From a virus, in IMG/VR virus record IMGVR_UViG_3300046171_000155: 64,000 bases of DNA, one strand, 5' to 3'. The position numbers were made by a program, and so were the translations under genes. This document shows, piece after piece, positions 9,684 to 19,277 of this stretch; position 1 is the first letter of the stretch; each line of letters opens with the position of its first letter. The notes beneath the pieces are model-generated. The model did not search any database, had not been told where the DNA came from, and was given only the letters and a program-made list of their open reading frames with translations.

Positions 9684-9896
9684 TTAATGAATCGTTACTT
9701 CGGGCATGACTTCATCGAACGCTTCGAGTAGATCAATCTCATCTTGGATTGCTTCTCGAATCTCGACTTCACTCATACCAATAGCTTCCATACTGGAAAC
9801 TGCCATCTCAGGGGAGATCATATCATCGATCACCGAATCAAAAAGATCACGAAGATACTCACCCGTCTCACCACGCGCATACCATGCTGTCATCAC
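9684..9896 (-). CDS. Hypothetical protein
   Basis: ORF with SD, early cassette. Confidence 0.6.
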   Translation of the reverse strand: MMTAWYARGETGEYLRDLFDSVIDDMISPEMAVSSMEAIGMSEVEIREAIQDEIDLLEAFDEVMPEVTIH

Positions 9897-10117
9897 TTCA
9901 CCTCAACTAACTTATTGTCACGGAACTCAGTCCCTTCTGGACCGACCAACTTACCAAGCAACCACCAATCTTCTGCCTTCAACTTAGCAACTGAGTTGTT
10001 ACCTTCATACTCAGAACCCATCTCGTTGTACTCATTTAGATACTTGACTGCTTCTGTTACAGTGTCAAACGTCTGTGCGTCATGGCTGTTATTCAACTTC
10101 GGTTTTGCATAAAACAT
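9893..10117 (-). CDS. Hypothetical early protein
   Basis: GAGAGAG SD directly after an early promoter. Confidence 0.65.
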   Translation of the reverse strand: MFYAKPKLNNSHDAQTFDTVTEAVKYLNEYNEMGSEYEGNNSVAKLKAEDWWLLGKLVGPEGTEFRDNKLVEVK

Positions 10118-10148
10118 AATAAACTCTCTCTCATCAATTTGGACTGAC

Positions 10149-10210
10149 ATTATACTATAATGGAGAATAATGTCAAGATTTTTCTGAAACTTTTTTGTAC
10201 AAATATTCAC
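10149..10210 (-). promoter_or_regulatory. Early sigma70-type promoter module (family A)
   Basis: TTGACA-16 bp-TATAAT, A-tract UP element, upstream box. Confidence 0.8.
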
Positions 10211-10336
10211 GTTTTAAAAACCACTTGTACTTGGCAAAATAATCTTTTGCCTTGTAGTCCGGTCGCTTTCCCGTATAGATCTCAACTTCATCACAATGGG
10301 CAAACCACATCTCATTGCACCAACTTCTAAAACTCA

Positions 10337-10885
10337 TCATGCGTACCAGCTCCTGTAGAACGACTTGCCTTCTTCGGCAGGACCAGCGTGACGTACATCG
10401 TCGATGTTGATGTACTTACCAGTGATTCGCTTCTTGAACTCATCACCGATGAACTCGTTCTTGACGGGAATGACACGATCACTCATGAAACTCTCAGAAC
10501 CCTCAACAGAAGCGACAGCGATCTCACGCAGAGTGACAGTCGCACCCTTCTTGGCGATGACTTGGTAGGCATCGATGTTAGTCTGTTCCCAACCCCAAGA
10601 CGCGACATAGATGTCACCCTCTTTGACAGACTCAAGAGCGGCAGCCTTTGCGGCAGCACGAGCGATCTTGCGTTCCTGCTTCCACTGATCAGCACGATCA
10701 AGATCAACAAGGAACTGCTCAACGTGTTCAATCATACGGGCGACAGTACCGTAACGGTAAGCGAACTCAGTCTTGTAACCCAGACGGGCGCGTTTAGTAG
10801 GACGCTTACAAACCGCAGTGATCTTCGACTCATCGATCTCTAACTCAAGACCACGCGCTTCGTACTTCTCAATCAAATTCATCAT
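10337..10885 (-). CDS. Hypothetical early protein (SWGWEQTNIDAYQV family)
   Basis: Strong SD and own promoter; GDIY..SWG.EQTN.D.YQV motif. Confidence 0.7.
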   Translation of the reverse strand: MMNLIEKYEARGLELEIDESKITAVCKRPTKRARLGYKTEFAYRYGTVARMIEHVEQFLVDLDRADQWKQERKIARAAAKAAALESVKEGDIYVASWGWEQTNIDAYQVIAKKGATVTLREIAVASVEGSESFMSDRVIPVKNEFIGDEFKKRITGKYINIDDVRHAGPAEEGKSFYRSWYA

Positions 10886-10981
10886 AACTATTTCTCTCTC
10901 AACTCAACTTTATGTACCCATTATACTACAATGGAGAAAATGGTCAACACTTTTTTGAAAGTTTTTTTAGTAAATAATACC
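10886..10981 (-). promoter_or_regulatory. Early promoter module (family A), near-repeat of 14308-14400
   Basis: TTGACC-16-TATAAT; shared leader AAAGTTGAGTTGAGAGAGAAATA. Confidence 0.8.
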
Positions 10982-10984
10982 GTT

Positions 10985-11581
10985 CTATAAATCATACAAC
11001 ATACGCTCTGCGCGTCGTGAAGACTCCAACCAAGCAACTGGCTCCTTGGGTTTCGACGGGGTCACTCTTAGACCCTGTTCCTTGAAGTTCGCCTTCAGGA
11101 TCGTGGCGGTCTCACGACCAAGGAACCTCGACACTAACTTCAATAGAGTCTGTCGAAAGGTCACGTGGTGGTGGCTGTGTCCTGCACTGTGCGCGAGTTC
11201 GTGTAGGACGATGTACTTGTTGAAGTCGAACGCGGGAGAGATCTCGATCCACGAACCATGAGACCTACCCATGTAAGCGGCACGACTTCCCATGTTGCGT
11301 GACTGGACGACTCGCACCTTACCGTGGTATCGGGACACCTTCTCCCACGTCTTGGATGCGGTCACTTGTTTTACAAACTTCTCCACGTCTTTGAACTCAT
11401 TGAGTGGACCTATCAACTCAGGGTGTTCGTTTTCGAGTTTCCACTCTGCGTTGTAGGTCTTGGTCTTCTCGCTGTCGCGTTTTGGTAGAACCGTCTTACG
11501 ACGGTAGTAGTCAGAATACCTTTGAGCCTGAGATCTAGTCAGACCCGCGTCAATCGCTCTACGATATGCCACCCTTTTCAT
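10985..11581 (-). CDS. SprT-like HExxH metallopeptidase
   Basis: VLHELAH..GHSHHHVTF. Confidence 0.65.
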   Translation of the reverse strand: MKRVAYRRAIDAGLTRSQAQRYSDYYRRKTVLPKRDSEKTKTYNAEWKLENEHPELIGPLNEFKDVEKFVKQVTASKTWEKVSRYHGKVRVVQSRNMGSRAAYMGRSHGSWIEISPAFDFNKYIVLHELAHSAGHSHHHVTFRQTLLKLVSRFLGRETATILKANFKEQGLRVTPSKPKEPVAWLESSRRAERMLYDL

Positions 11582-11946
11582 TTTTTCTTCGCGACCCTTT
11601 TCTTGGGTGTCGATTTCGTACCTCCGAATTTCTTTCTTACCACCTTTTTCTTGGCAGGTGGTTTTTCAGCGATAACCTTTTTCTTTACGGGAGTTTTCTT
11701 TTTGACCGGAGCCTTCTTTTTAGGTTTGGTCGACTCCCATTCTTTGGATAAAAACTCTTCGACGGTTAGTCCACACTCGCGAAGAACTTTGTGAAACCTT
11801 TTAACGTCTGACATCTCCCAAATGTTATCGATAAACGACCCGAAGTGATCAGTGATCTTCTCACCTAACTGCGCGTTCTCATCGGTCTCCTTGTCGAAGA
11901 TGTACCGTACCTTCTTAGAGAAGTTTAGTTTGATGACCTTAGACAT
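11578..11946 (-). CDS. Hypothetical protein with Lys/Pro-rich histone-H1-like tail
   Basis: KKKAPVKKKTPVKKK repeats. Confidence 0.65.
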   Translation of the reverse strand: MSKVIKLNFSKKVRYIFDKETDENAQLGEKITDHFGSFIDNIWEMSDVKRFHKVLRECGLTVEEFLSKEWESTKPKKKAPVKKKTPVKKKVIAEKPPAKKKVVRKKFGGTKSTPKKRVAKKK

Positions 11947-11954
11947 AGAACTCC

Positions 11955-12137
11955 TTATGCGGTACCGTGAATGATACCGATTCGTTTCTGTTTATTGACA
12001 TTGACTGTCACAGTCGAACCGGCTGGTCGAGTTTCACCTAGCACATCATGGTAATCCAATTCTTGGATCACTCGCTTACCGTAGTAAGTGAATTCGACCA
12101 AGTAGGTCTGACGGACATATTCAGGCATTCTAAACAT
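11955..12137 (-). CDS. Hypothetical protein
   Basis: Coupled ORF. Confidence 0.55.
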   Translation of the reverse strand: MFRMPEYVRQTYLVEFTYYGKRVIQELDYHDVLGETRPAGSTVTVNVNKQKRIGIIHGTA

Positions 12138-12367
12138 TATACAACTCCAAACAATTCATCAAAGGTCATTGGAACAACCAGTTCCAACTGCATCTGTTCC
12201 TCGATTTGAGGAACGGGTTTTGGGGACAGGAGATTCTTGATCTCCGCGATGCGGCACCCGATCTCGCGAGCGAAGGGATGGTCAGTACCCACATCTTTTT
12301 GTAGGGCTTCCAATTCAACTTCTAACATGAATTTGTTTAACGATGAATAGGTATTCATTATGCACAC
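12137..12367 (-). CDS. Hypothetical protein
   Basis: Coupled ORF. Confidence 0.55.
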   Translation of the reverse strand: MCIMNTYSSLNKFMLEVELEALQKDVGTDHPFAREIGCRIAEIKNLLSPKPVPQIEEQMQLELVVPMTFDELFGVV

Positions 12368-12612
12368 TCCTCAACAATTGGTTTCGCGATCAAGTAGACA
12401 CCCATCGCACTGGGGACATCACCGAAGTAATACTCACTCGTGAGCAATCGATACTTAGCGAAGTACTTGACCTCAGAATCGTCGGCACTATTGATAGGTG
12501 GGAACCAAACCGCAACCTGTTCGCCACGGTCACCAATGACCTCACCAAGACGGGTTGTCCCACCAGAGTTAATCTGTACCACACGACCTTTCAAATTCTC
12601 CATAACAAACAC
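12358..12612 (-). CDS. Hypothetical early protein
   Basis: GAGGAG SD after repeated promoter. Confidence 0.65.
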   Translation of the reverse strand: MFVMENLKGRVVQINSGGTTRLGEVIGDRGEQVAVWFPPINSADDSEVKYFAKYRLLTSEYYFGDVPSAMGVYLIAKPIVEECA

Positions 12613-12685
12613 TCCTCAATTTCAATACAGATATTATAACATATGTTTTGAAAATAAACAAGGAGTATTTTAGGTAATATGTCAC
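12601..12685 (-). repeat. ~80-bp direct repeat promoter/RBS cassette copy 1 (family B)
   Basis: Identical to 13052-13131; TTGTTT-17-TATAAT plus SD. Confidence 0.9.
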
Positions 12686-12703
12686 TTTTTTTTGGTGAAA
12701 CCA

Positions 12704-13063
12704 CTAGGATACAAACTCCAACTTTCGAACAGTCCAACGAGAAGTTACTGATAACTTTTCTACCTCAGCAGGATCACCAGACGAATCAATGTAAGAACCC
12801 TGACACGGAACATAAGCAAAGAACTCTCGATCTATTTCCATATCATCATATTCCCAAGATGTGAACTTCCGACGAACGGATATGAACACAGACTCACGAG
12901 GTCGAACATCACCGAACTCAGGTTCAGTAAGCTCCACTTCTATTCGCTCAAGACAGAACTTTCGAGCAGCGACAACAGACTTGAAAGTCTTTACTGCAAC
13001 ACGACGATCATACATATCGTCACCACATGATTCAACTAACCAAACTGACTTCATAACAAACAC
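12704..13063 (-). CDS. Hypothetical early protein flanked by identical 80-bp repeats
   Basis: ORF between the two repeat copies. Confidence 0.65.
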   Translation of the reverse strand: MFVMKSVWLVESCGDDMYDRRVAVKTFKSVVAARKFCLERIEVELTEPEFGDVRPRESVFISVRRKFTSWEYDDMEIDREFFAYVPCQGSYIDSSGDPAEVEKLSVTSRWTVRKLEFVS

Positions 13064-13135
13064 TCCTCAATTTCAATACAGATATTATAACATATGTTTT
13101 GAAAATAAACAAGGAGTATTTTAGGTAATATTACC
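13052..13135 (-). repeat. ~80-bp direct repeat promoter/RBS cassette copy 2 (family B)
   Basis: Identical to 12601-12680. Confidence 0.9.
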
Positions 13136-13396
13136 GTTTTAGAAAAAGTACCTCGTAATGAACATCGGCAAAATAACAGCAGCGATGACAACGAATGGCA
13201 TCATCTTCAGTTTTCGTTCGAATCGGTCAGCAGCCGCATCCCATCGATCGAATGCCTCTTCCACTCTATCGAACGACTCATTCAACTTTCTTTCACTTTC
13301 TCTCATATTGATCTCCTATCAATTGTAAAATAAAAATAGGGAAGCGGTCCACATACCTGTCAGTCGGAATCTTCGAAAGACCGACTCCCCTCTTAA

Positions 13397-13861
13397 CTAT
13401 TGACTAACGAATCCAGTACCGTCACACATATAACAGTCTTCATCGCCATAGTCATCGTAACCATATCCCGAACACTCTGGACAAGTCTCATCGAGATCCT
13501 CATCGGAGTAGTCGAACATGTCTTCGGTGTTCTCCATCGTCATCAACTGAGGGTTGAAGGTCACCATCTTGGTGGTCATCTCGACAATGCGGTCGATCGC
13601 GATATGGAACAGATCGTTCTCGTATTTGCCGGAGTAGGTGCGACCCGTCGTGTAGGGTAGGACGTACTCGAACAACTCCTTGTCGATCGCCCCCTTCTCA
13701 CGTAGGAACTTCAGGGCACCGGATGTGTTGTTACCCATGCCGTTGTTGTAGAAGTCATACCGCAGTCGACCTGCGGCACGAACCATCTCACCCGCGACTG
13801 TCGCGGCGTTACCTTCACGAGGAACCAACTCCTCCCAGATTCGATCAAAAGTAGCACTCAT
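13397..13861 (-). CDS. Hypothetical protein with C-terminal DnaJ-type zinc finger
   Basis: CPECSGYG...CYMCDGTG; AAGGAG SD before MSATFD. Confidence 0.7.
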   Translation of the reverse strand: MSATFDRIWEELVPREGNAATVAGEMVRAAGRLRYDFYNNGMGNNTSGALKFLREKGAIDKELFEYVLPYTTGRTYSGKYENDLFHIAIDRIVEMTTKMVTFNPQLMTMENTEDMFDYSDEDLDETCPECSGYGYDDYGDEDCYMCDGTGFVSQ

Positions 13862-13871
13862 AACAATCTCC

Positions 13872-14003
13872 TTAGTAGACATAGGGTTCAACGGGGTGAC
13901 CAGCCGCAAGATTGATTGCGGCGTAAACAAACATCCAGAGGACTGCTTGACCGAAAAGAACTTCAACAATTCGTTGGGGACTTGCAGGCTTCAACTTAAT
14001 CAT
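13872..14003 (-). CDS. Small membrane protein (43 aa)
   Basis: MIKLKPASPQRIVEVLFGQAVLWMFVYAAINLAAG..., hand-translated. Confidence 0.45.
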   Translation of the reverse strand: MIKLKPASPQRIVEVLFGQAVLWMFVYAAINLAAGHPVEPYVY

Positions 14004-14004
14004 C

Positions 14005-14307
14005 TTAGATCACCTCCACACGATTATCAAACTCGCTAAACCCAGACATCTCAAAGGGAACGTACAAGATACAACCCAGACGTTCTACGTCATGCTCGAA
14101 CGAACCAGTCTCAGACTCAGTAACACGAACAGTGTAACCGTCGCACATGTAAACCTCGCGAGGAGCATCGGGGTGGGGTTTCGCGAAAATTGCACCCTTG
14201 TCAATGACCTCGCCGATAAGATAAGAATCGGGTCGATCTGTCGCAGGACGAAAATCATAAGCGCGGATAGTGTCTCCAACGTTCGCAGTGTTTTCAAATT
14301 TCAACAT
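14005..14307 (-). CDS. Hypothetical early protein
   Basis: SD and promoter module directly upstream. Confidence 0.7.
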   Translation of the reverse strand: MLKFENTANVGDTIRAYDFRPATDRPDSYLIGEVIDKGAIFAKPHPDAPREVYMCDGYTVRVTESETGSFEHDVERLGCILYVPFEMSGFSEFDNRVEVI

Positions 14308-14400
14308 ATTTCTCTCTCAACTCAACTTTATGATCCCATTATACCGCAATGGAGAAATTTGTCAACAACTTTTTAAAAGTTTTTTTAGTAAATATTACAC
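14308..14400 (-). promoter_or_regulatory. Early promoter module (family A)
   Basis: TTGACA(14365-14360)-16-TATAAT; box GTAAATATTACAC at 14388-14400. Confidence 0.8.
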
Positions 14401-14403
14401 ATT

Positions 14404-14739
14404 TTATCTGCGCATAGACGCAAGGTCTTTCATCTGTTGTTCGTCGATCACTGGAACAGCATTCGACTTGTGCATTGTGCCGATACCCTTCACAAGAGTT
14501 CCAGTGTATTCCTTTCGCTCGGGTTTTGCGCAAGAGTCCGGTGTTGCGAAGTCTGACCGACTGGGGTACTGATTTGACTCCGCACATCTCTGCTCTGCAT
14601 ATGAAAGGATGCGCGTTGGTTTCGTTGTCTTGATTGCACGGAACGCTGGCGGTTGGTACTTCTCATAAATCTCTCCTTTAGGCTTCACTTTTTTGATCTT
14701 ACGACCGCTAGGGGTATGTCTCATCGATCCATGTATCAC
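14404..14739 (-). CDS. Conserved T4-like hypothetical protein
   Basis: YTGTLVKGIGTMHKSNAVPV motif common in marine T4-like phages. Confidence 0.7.
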   Translation of the reverse strand: MIHGSMRHTPSGRKIKKVKPKGEIYEKYQPPAFRAIKTTKPTRILSYAEQRCAESNQYPSRSDFATPDSCAKPERKEYTGTLVKGIGTMHKSNAVPVIDEQQMKDLASMRR

Positions 14740-14883
14740 AACTCTTTCTCCATTCGACGTAGTATCTGTTGCATCGCACCCAGCTCTGCTGTTAGGAAAT
14801 GCAACTTGGTGTTAGGTGATGTGTTGTCGATGGGCAGATTCCGGATCTGGTCCATCTTGTCATCAATCTCTTCCTTGATGATC

Positions 14884-15450
14884 TTAAGCACTTGCTCTTT
14901 CATTCTTTACCTCAAACCATGATGGGACAGGACGACTAGTCCATGTCATACTAAACCGATCTTGCTTGGTCTGATAGAATGCACGATACGACTCGACTGG
15001 GCAATCTAGCATACACTCAGGGTTAGAACCCATAGCAAGCTTGAACGGTGTCCGCTCGACGCGCGGTATACGCACCGGCGGAGTCATAAGTATACTACGA
15101 AGGAGTTTGTCGGTCAAGTGTCGTTTACCATAACGATACATATATTCGTCACAGAGAGCAACGAAGTGTTTATAGTGCCAGATGTAGTTGCAAACAGATT
15201 CCATCGTCCAGATGGTGCAGGGGTGTCCGTGGTGGACTGCTTTGTAGAGTTGATCGTCTAGGGTAGGATGATCATAATACTTGATCATGGTCTTACCAGA
15301 CTTGGAAGGTTTGCGATAGGATTGACCGTCGAGCATACGATGTGCCGTTGACAACATCTGTGCAGACTCGACGATCATTTTGACAACATGCTTGTCACAC
15401 TGTTCTTGTGCAGCGATGACTGGATCTTTATTGAGTACAAAAATATTCAT
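14884..15450 (-). CDS. Pyrimidine-dimer DNA glycosylase (DenV-related) family protein
   Basis: MNIFVL..DP..AA...CDKHVVKMI.ESAQMLSTAH, HPCT.W, Y..RYGK.H. Confidence 0.75.
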   Translation of the reverse strand: MNIFVLNKDPVIAAQEQCDKHVVKMIVESAQMLSTAHRMLDGQSYRKPSKSGKTMIKYYDHPTLDDQLYKAVHHGHPCTIWTMESVCNYIWHYKHFVALCDEYMYRYGKRHLTDKLLRSILMTPPVRIPRVERTPFKLAMGSNPECMLDCPVESYRAFYQTKQDRFSMTWTSRPVPSWFEVKNERASA

Positions 15451-15507
15451 ATACTATATCCCCCGATTCGTTGGATATATTGTATTACATGTTTTGTAGT
15501 TCGTCAA

Positions 15508-15933
15508 CTATTTTTTGAAGAACTTTTTTGCTGTCGATTTGATCATTTTAAAAACAACAAGAATTGGGTCATACATCCATAGGAATTTTTTGTGTCCGCA
15601 TTGAGACTCCATCTCTTCCCAAGTTACGAATTCACGAGTCCAGTTGTCGATGTATAGATTGCCTATGCGAAGTACTACATGCCCCCTACCTTTTGTGGTG
15701 ATGACTCTACGCAATTGTGCCTGCATGGTGAACACATTGATCCAGAAGTTGACCATTGACTTGCCACTCATCAACCACAGTAGCGTCAGCGCGTAGTCTT
15801 CGCAGTCGCCTTCGTATGGCGGTTCTTTGATGATGTGCCATGTGTCAGATCCGTACTGATCGTTATCGTATAGATACTTCCATGTCTCATTAAGGTGATC
15901 GACATGGGACTCTTTGTTCGCTAAATCTAACAT
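15508..15933 (-). CDS. Transglutaminase-like cysteine peptidase (BTLCP-like)
   Basis: GDCEDYAL...GHVVL...YIDN Cys-His-Asp triad. Confidence 0.7.
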   Translation of the reverse strand: MLDLANKESHVDHLNETWKYLYDNDQYGSDTWHIIKEPPYEGDCEDYALTLLWLMSGKSMVNFWINVFTMQAQLRRVITTKGRGHVVLRIGNLYIDNWTREFVTWEEMESQCGHKKFLWMYDPILVVFKMIKSTAKKFFKK

Positions 15934-15971
15934 ATTTTTAGTCTCTGTGTTGACATACAACTTTATTTAGG

Positions 15972-15979
15972 TATAAATA
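15972..15979 (+). promoter_or_regulatory. T4 late promoter
   Basis: TATAAATA immediately before a + strand two-gene unit. Confidence 0.8.
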
Positions 15980-15984
15980 ACTCT

Positions 15985-16236
15985 ATGAAAGATATATTTG
16001 ATTTTGGTTTTACTGCAGTAGATGAGTCTGAACTCGAGGCGTTCCAACAACTCGAAGATGTATCAGAAGCTGCAGATGAGACACAAACACGCCTTGATAA
16101 TCTATACAATGCGATTCAACCATTATTAACCAATCTCAAGATGAATCCTGAGAAAGAGTACATCTTGTGGCCGAATCGTTTAGATAAGATTGAGGAATTC
16201 GAAGACTACATTCAAAACATATACAAGGGATCCTAA
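15985..16236 (+). CDS. Conserved hypothetical protein
   Basis: FDFGFTAVDE...PLL.NL..NPEKEYILWPNR motif seen in T4-like phages. Confidence 0.75.
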   Translation: MKDIFDFGFTAVDESELEAFQQLEDVSEAADETQTRLDNLYNAIQPLLTNLKMNPEKEYILWPNRLDKIEEFEDYIQNIYKGS

Positions 16237-16239
16237 CCA

Positions 16240-17115
16240 ATGTTTTACAATCCAAAAGACGAATCCATTCTTCGTGATGGCGAAGTCGCAATCAATTTTT
16301 CAGAAACTGCCAAAGGTCGATTAGTTAGCGTGATTCAAGTTATGCTGCAAAGCGTTACTACAGGTCAAGGCAAATACCTACGATACAAGAATGACGAAAT
16401 AAACATCATTGAGGAAGCATTCTCTCGTGTTCCTATGATGTGCAATGCTCTTGCTTCTCGTGGGTACAAAAATATTCTTTTCGTTGGTCACTATAACGAT
16501 CACCAAACGCACTGGATGCTAGACAAGTTCGCAGGTCGAATGGTAGATATTTTACCAGAAGATCGGGCGGATATGCAGACTTATCCAGATCTAAACATCA
16601 TTGCTCAGTTCGTACCAATCGTATGGAGACTTATGCGATTTGGATGGGACGATGTTACACAACCTAAGAGTTTTTCTATTCCACGTCCTCCAGAAGATAA
16701 GCATAAGGGTGTGATGCACGAAATTTACACGAACGTAGATGTTGCTTCAGAATCTCTATCGTGTTCTGCGCAATACAAGCATGGTATTCCTTCTTGGGAG
16801 TTAGATGCACAGAAAGAAGAAAAGTATGACGCAGTCGTGTTCCTTGGTGTTCCTATGCATGACCCAGAAGTTGGGTTCGAAGAAGATCAAGTACGAGAAA
16901 CATTTGCACCTTACTGTACTCCAGATTTTGAAATGGTCGACATCTATTACGGTGCGAACTACGAAAATAAATGGCAGAACGGCGAGTCAAAAGACTTTAC
17001 TCCACATATCGAAACCGCATTTACACTCCGCGCTTCATGGGACGAAGATTTCGGTGGCAAGTATGATTGCCCAGAAGAGTTTGACATTATGGACCGTATG
17101 TTTTCCGTTTACTAA
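16240..17115 (+). CDS. Hypothetical late protein (possible Rossmann-like fold)
   Basis: 291-aa ORF after late promoter; NILFVG and YDAVVFLG strands. Confidence 0.65.
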   Translation: MFYNPKDESILRDGEVAINFSETAKGRLVSVIQVMLQSVTTGQGKYLRYKNDEINIIEEAFSRVPMMCNALASRGYKNILFVGHYNDHQTHWMLDKFAGRMVDILPEDRADMQTYPDLNIIAQFVPIVWRLMRFGWDDVTQPKSFSIPRPPEDKHKGVMHEIYTNVDVASESLSCSAQYKHGIPSWELDAQKEEKYDAVVFLGVPMHDPEVGFEEDQVRETFAPYCTPDFEMVDIYYGANYENKWQNGESKDFTPHIETAFTLRASWDEDFGGKYDCPEEFDIMDRMFSVY

Positions 17116-17142
17116 CGGAAGGAACTTACCCGACAGTGAAAC

Positions 17143-17172
17143 AAGAAAGGGGACGCAAGTCCCCTTTTCTTT
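17143..17172. terminator. Bidirectional terminator
   Basis: AAAGGGGAC-GCAA-GTCCCCTTTT. Confidence 0.8.
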
Positions 17173-17280
17173 ATATTAAGAACAGCATCACTCCCGCAAC
17201 ACCACACCAGATTAGAACATTGGGTCTTTCTTCCCAAACATATTGGAAGTCCTTTCCTGTGTAATAGATGAAGTCTCTTA

Positions 17281-17925
17281 TTAGTCTGCTGTATCCCATG
17301 ATCCTACCTCGATAGTAACATTTTCAGGAAGATTAAATTTGATGTCCGAATGTACATGATGGATTATAAACTTGATATCACTGAACTCTCGGAAGAAACT
17401 GCTCCAAATAGGACGCCAGTTGCTTGCCATGCGATGAACATTCAATGCGCTTCGATCACTCTTCAAGAACTTATCAGTATAACTCGCAAGGTTCATATCA
17501 AACATTGAATCGAACCCATACAAGTGCACCTCTTTTGCTCTCATCGAACGACACGCATAGTCCACTGCCATGTGACCGCACGAATAGTTGGTCGCAGCTT
17601 CTTCTAACTTATGTCCTGGTAATTGCGCATATGGTGGTACATGTGTGTGAAACCCTTTGATGTTCTGAGAGTACTTGAGATAGAATGTCGGGCTCTTCTC
17701 CATCCAACGGCGTGGGCGTGTACCCAAAACCCAGTCATACTGATCTAACTTTACTTCTCCCTTTTCTAGTGCGACCATCATTTTGAAATCAACCATACAA
17801 GAAGCGAACACTTCACGAGGTTTGAGTCTGATCGGGGGCATGTTACATACAAGCAAGTCTCCTGGAGTGCCTTGTTCAAATAGAGGCCAACTGTCTCCAT
17901 TCCCTAAAATATTAACGCGTCTCAT
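17281..17925 (-). CDS. DUF115/MptE-sialyltransferase-like Rossmann protein
   Basis: NILGNGDS, SCG..AV..A, VHLYGFD motifs. Confidence 0.55.
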   Translation of the reverse strand: MRRVNILGNGDSWPLFEQGTPGDLLVCNMPPIRLKPREVFASCMVDFKMMVALEKGEVKLDQYDWVLGTRPRRWMEKSPTFYLKYSQNIKGFHTHVPPYAQLPGHKLEEAATNYSCGHMAVDYACRSMRAKEVHLYGFDSMFDMNLASYTDKFLKSDRSALNVHRMASNWRPIWSSFFREFSDIKFIIHHVHSDIKFNLPENVTIEVGSWDTAD

Positions 17926-18275
17926 CTTTCGCCTTTTTTATGATATGATCCGTAAATGCAATGTGCTAGTTCATGACCCCATGTAGAGAGAGTTCCTGTG
18001 TCTCTCACTCCAGAAGGTTCTACTACGTATATATTACACCTAGTAACTTTAGTTAGGTCGTCTTTAGGGTGCACCCATCGTGCTAGACCTTCAACTTGTT
18101 TGTTCGAGTAGTTGTTAGATTGTAAAAACTTGTTTAGTTGCCTTTCAGTCGCAAACGTGGTGACACGAATGTCAATGTACTGTTCGGTCACGTCATGTGT
18201 CTTTTTGATGACTGTAGGTTGATCACATGATACTAACACAAACGCCATCAACAACAATATTATCTTATTTCTCAT
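17922..18275 (-). CDS. Lipoprotein with HExxH (paralog of 55004-55384)
   Basis: Lipobox LVSC; GHELAHCIYGSYH. Confidence 0.6.
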   Translation of the reverse strand: MRNKIILLLMAFVLVSCDQPTVIKKTHDVTEQYIDIRVTTFATERQLNKFLQSNNYSNKQVEGLARWVHPKDDLTKVTRCNIYVVEPSGVRDTGTLSTWGHELAHCIYGSYHKKGER

Positions 18276-18600
18276 ATCTGACCGCATGACCCTCTACAGT
18301 GAGTAGAGTATTTAAATTTGTATCCCCCACAAATATCTCACCTAGAATGCGACCATACTTATCGTCTTTGTATGTTTTGATAACAACCTTTGACCCCACC
18401 GGAGCTTGTTCATTTACATACGCGGTCGCAGCAAGTCCTCTTTCCTTTTCCACAAGGTCTCGTGTGCGCTGCTCAGGAGCATCAATACCATAAAGACGAA
18501 TCCGCTGGTTACTGTAAATAAGACCAAACCCAAGATCAATATCAACGTCAACGGTATCGCCATCAACCCATCTACGAACTGTCGCTTCATACTCGTACAT
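18265..18600 (-). CDS. Thermonuclease (SNase-like)
   Basis: VDGDTVD, RIRLYGIDAPE, DKYGRILG. Confidence 0.85.
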   Translation of the reverse strand: MYEYEATVRRWVDGDTVDVDIDLGFGLIYSNQRIRLYGIDAPEQRTRDLVEKERGLAATAYVNEQAPVGSKVVIKTYKDDKYGRILGEIFVGDTNLNTLLTVEGHAVRYEK

Positions 18601-18815
18601 TAGTCTGATGGAATTTGAAATGCGACTTCGAGCATATCTTGATACTCGGCAATCTGCTTAAGTTCATGTTCAAACGACTCCATAATATCGGAGTGTTCCC
18701 CAATACCCGCAGGGTTCTGCAGATATACTTCCAAGTTCGCTTTATGATAGGCGATCTTGCCTTGTAGATGCGAAACCGTAGCCTCGATCATTCGTGTGCG
18801 TAAAGGTGTGTTCAT
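18600..18815 (-). CDS. Conserved hypothetical protein
   Basis: YLQNPAGIGEHSDI motif. Confidence 0.7.
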   Translation of the reverse strand: MNTPLRTRMIEATVSHLQGKIAYHKANLEVYLQNPAGIGEHSDIMESFEHELKQIAEYQDMLEVAFQIPSD

Positions 18816-19276
18816 TATCTATCCCTTGCTTTCTCTATTGCGCGAGAACCAAACCAGAACGAAATGATGGCGGCAAAGATTGCCTTGGTGTCATCATCCC
18901 ACAGAATGTTTAGTGCCTGTGTCAATGACATTCCGTTGTTGATTGACTCTCGCAGTAATGTAATCTCAATTGCAGCGAACAGCATGAAGAATGCATACGT
19001 GATCACTGGTCGTACTGACTTCTGCAGTGCGGACATAAACCCTGTCCCCTGAGAAATTGCTGTGTCGTGTGCTAGAAGCGCCTTCTGCTCTTCGTGCAGA
19101 CCCATCTCTTGGAACCGCTTGATCTCATGGTCGTACCCCTTCATTTGGAGTTCAGCCATCTTTTCCATTTTTTTGAGTTCAAACTCCATCACTCTCTTAG
19201 ATTTGTAGTGTTCTGTGATCGCGGGAACAACTGAACTACCAAATCCAAGTATCGAACCTATTAATCCACTTAACAT
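18815..19276 (-). CDS. GTA-type 3TM holin-like membrane protein
   Basis: SVRPVITY...IISFWFGSR. Confidence 0.6.
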   Translation of the reverse strand: MLSGLIGSILGFGSSVVPAITEHYKSKRVMEFELKKMEKMAELQMKGYDHEIKRFQEMGLHEEQKALLAHDTAISQGTGFMSALQKSVRPVITYAFFMLFAAIEITLLRESINNGMSLTQALNILWDDDTKAIFAAIISFWFGSRAIEKARDR

Positions 19277-19277
19277 A

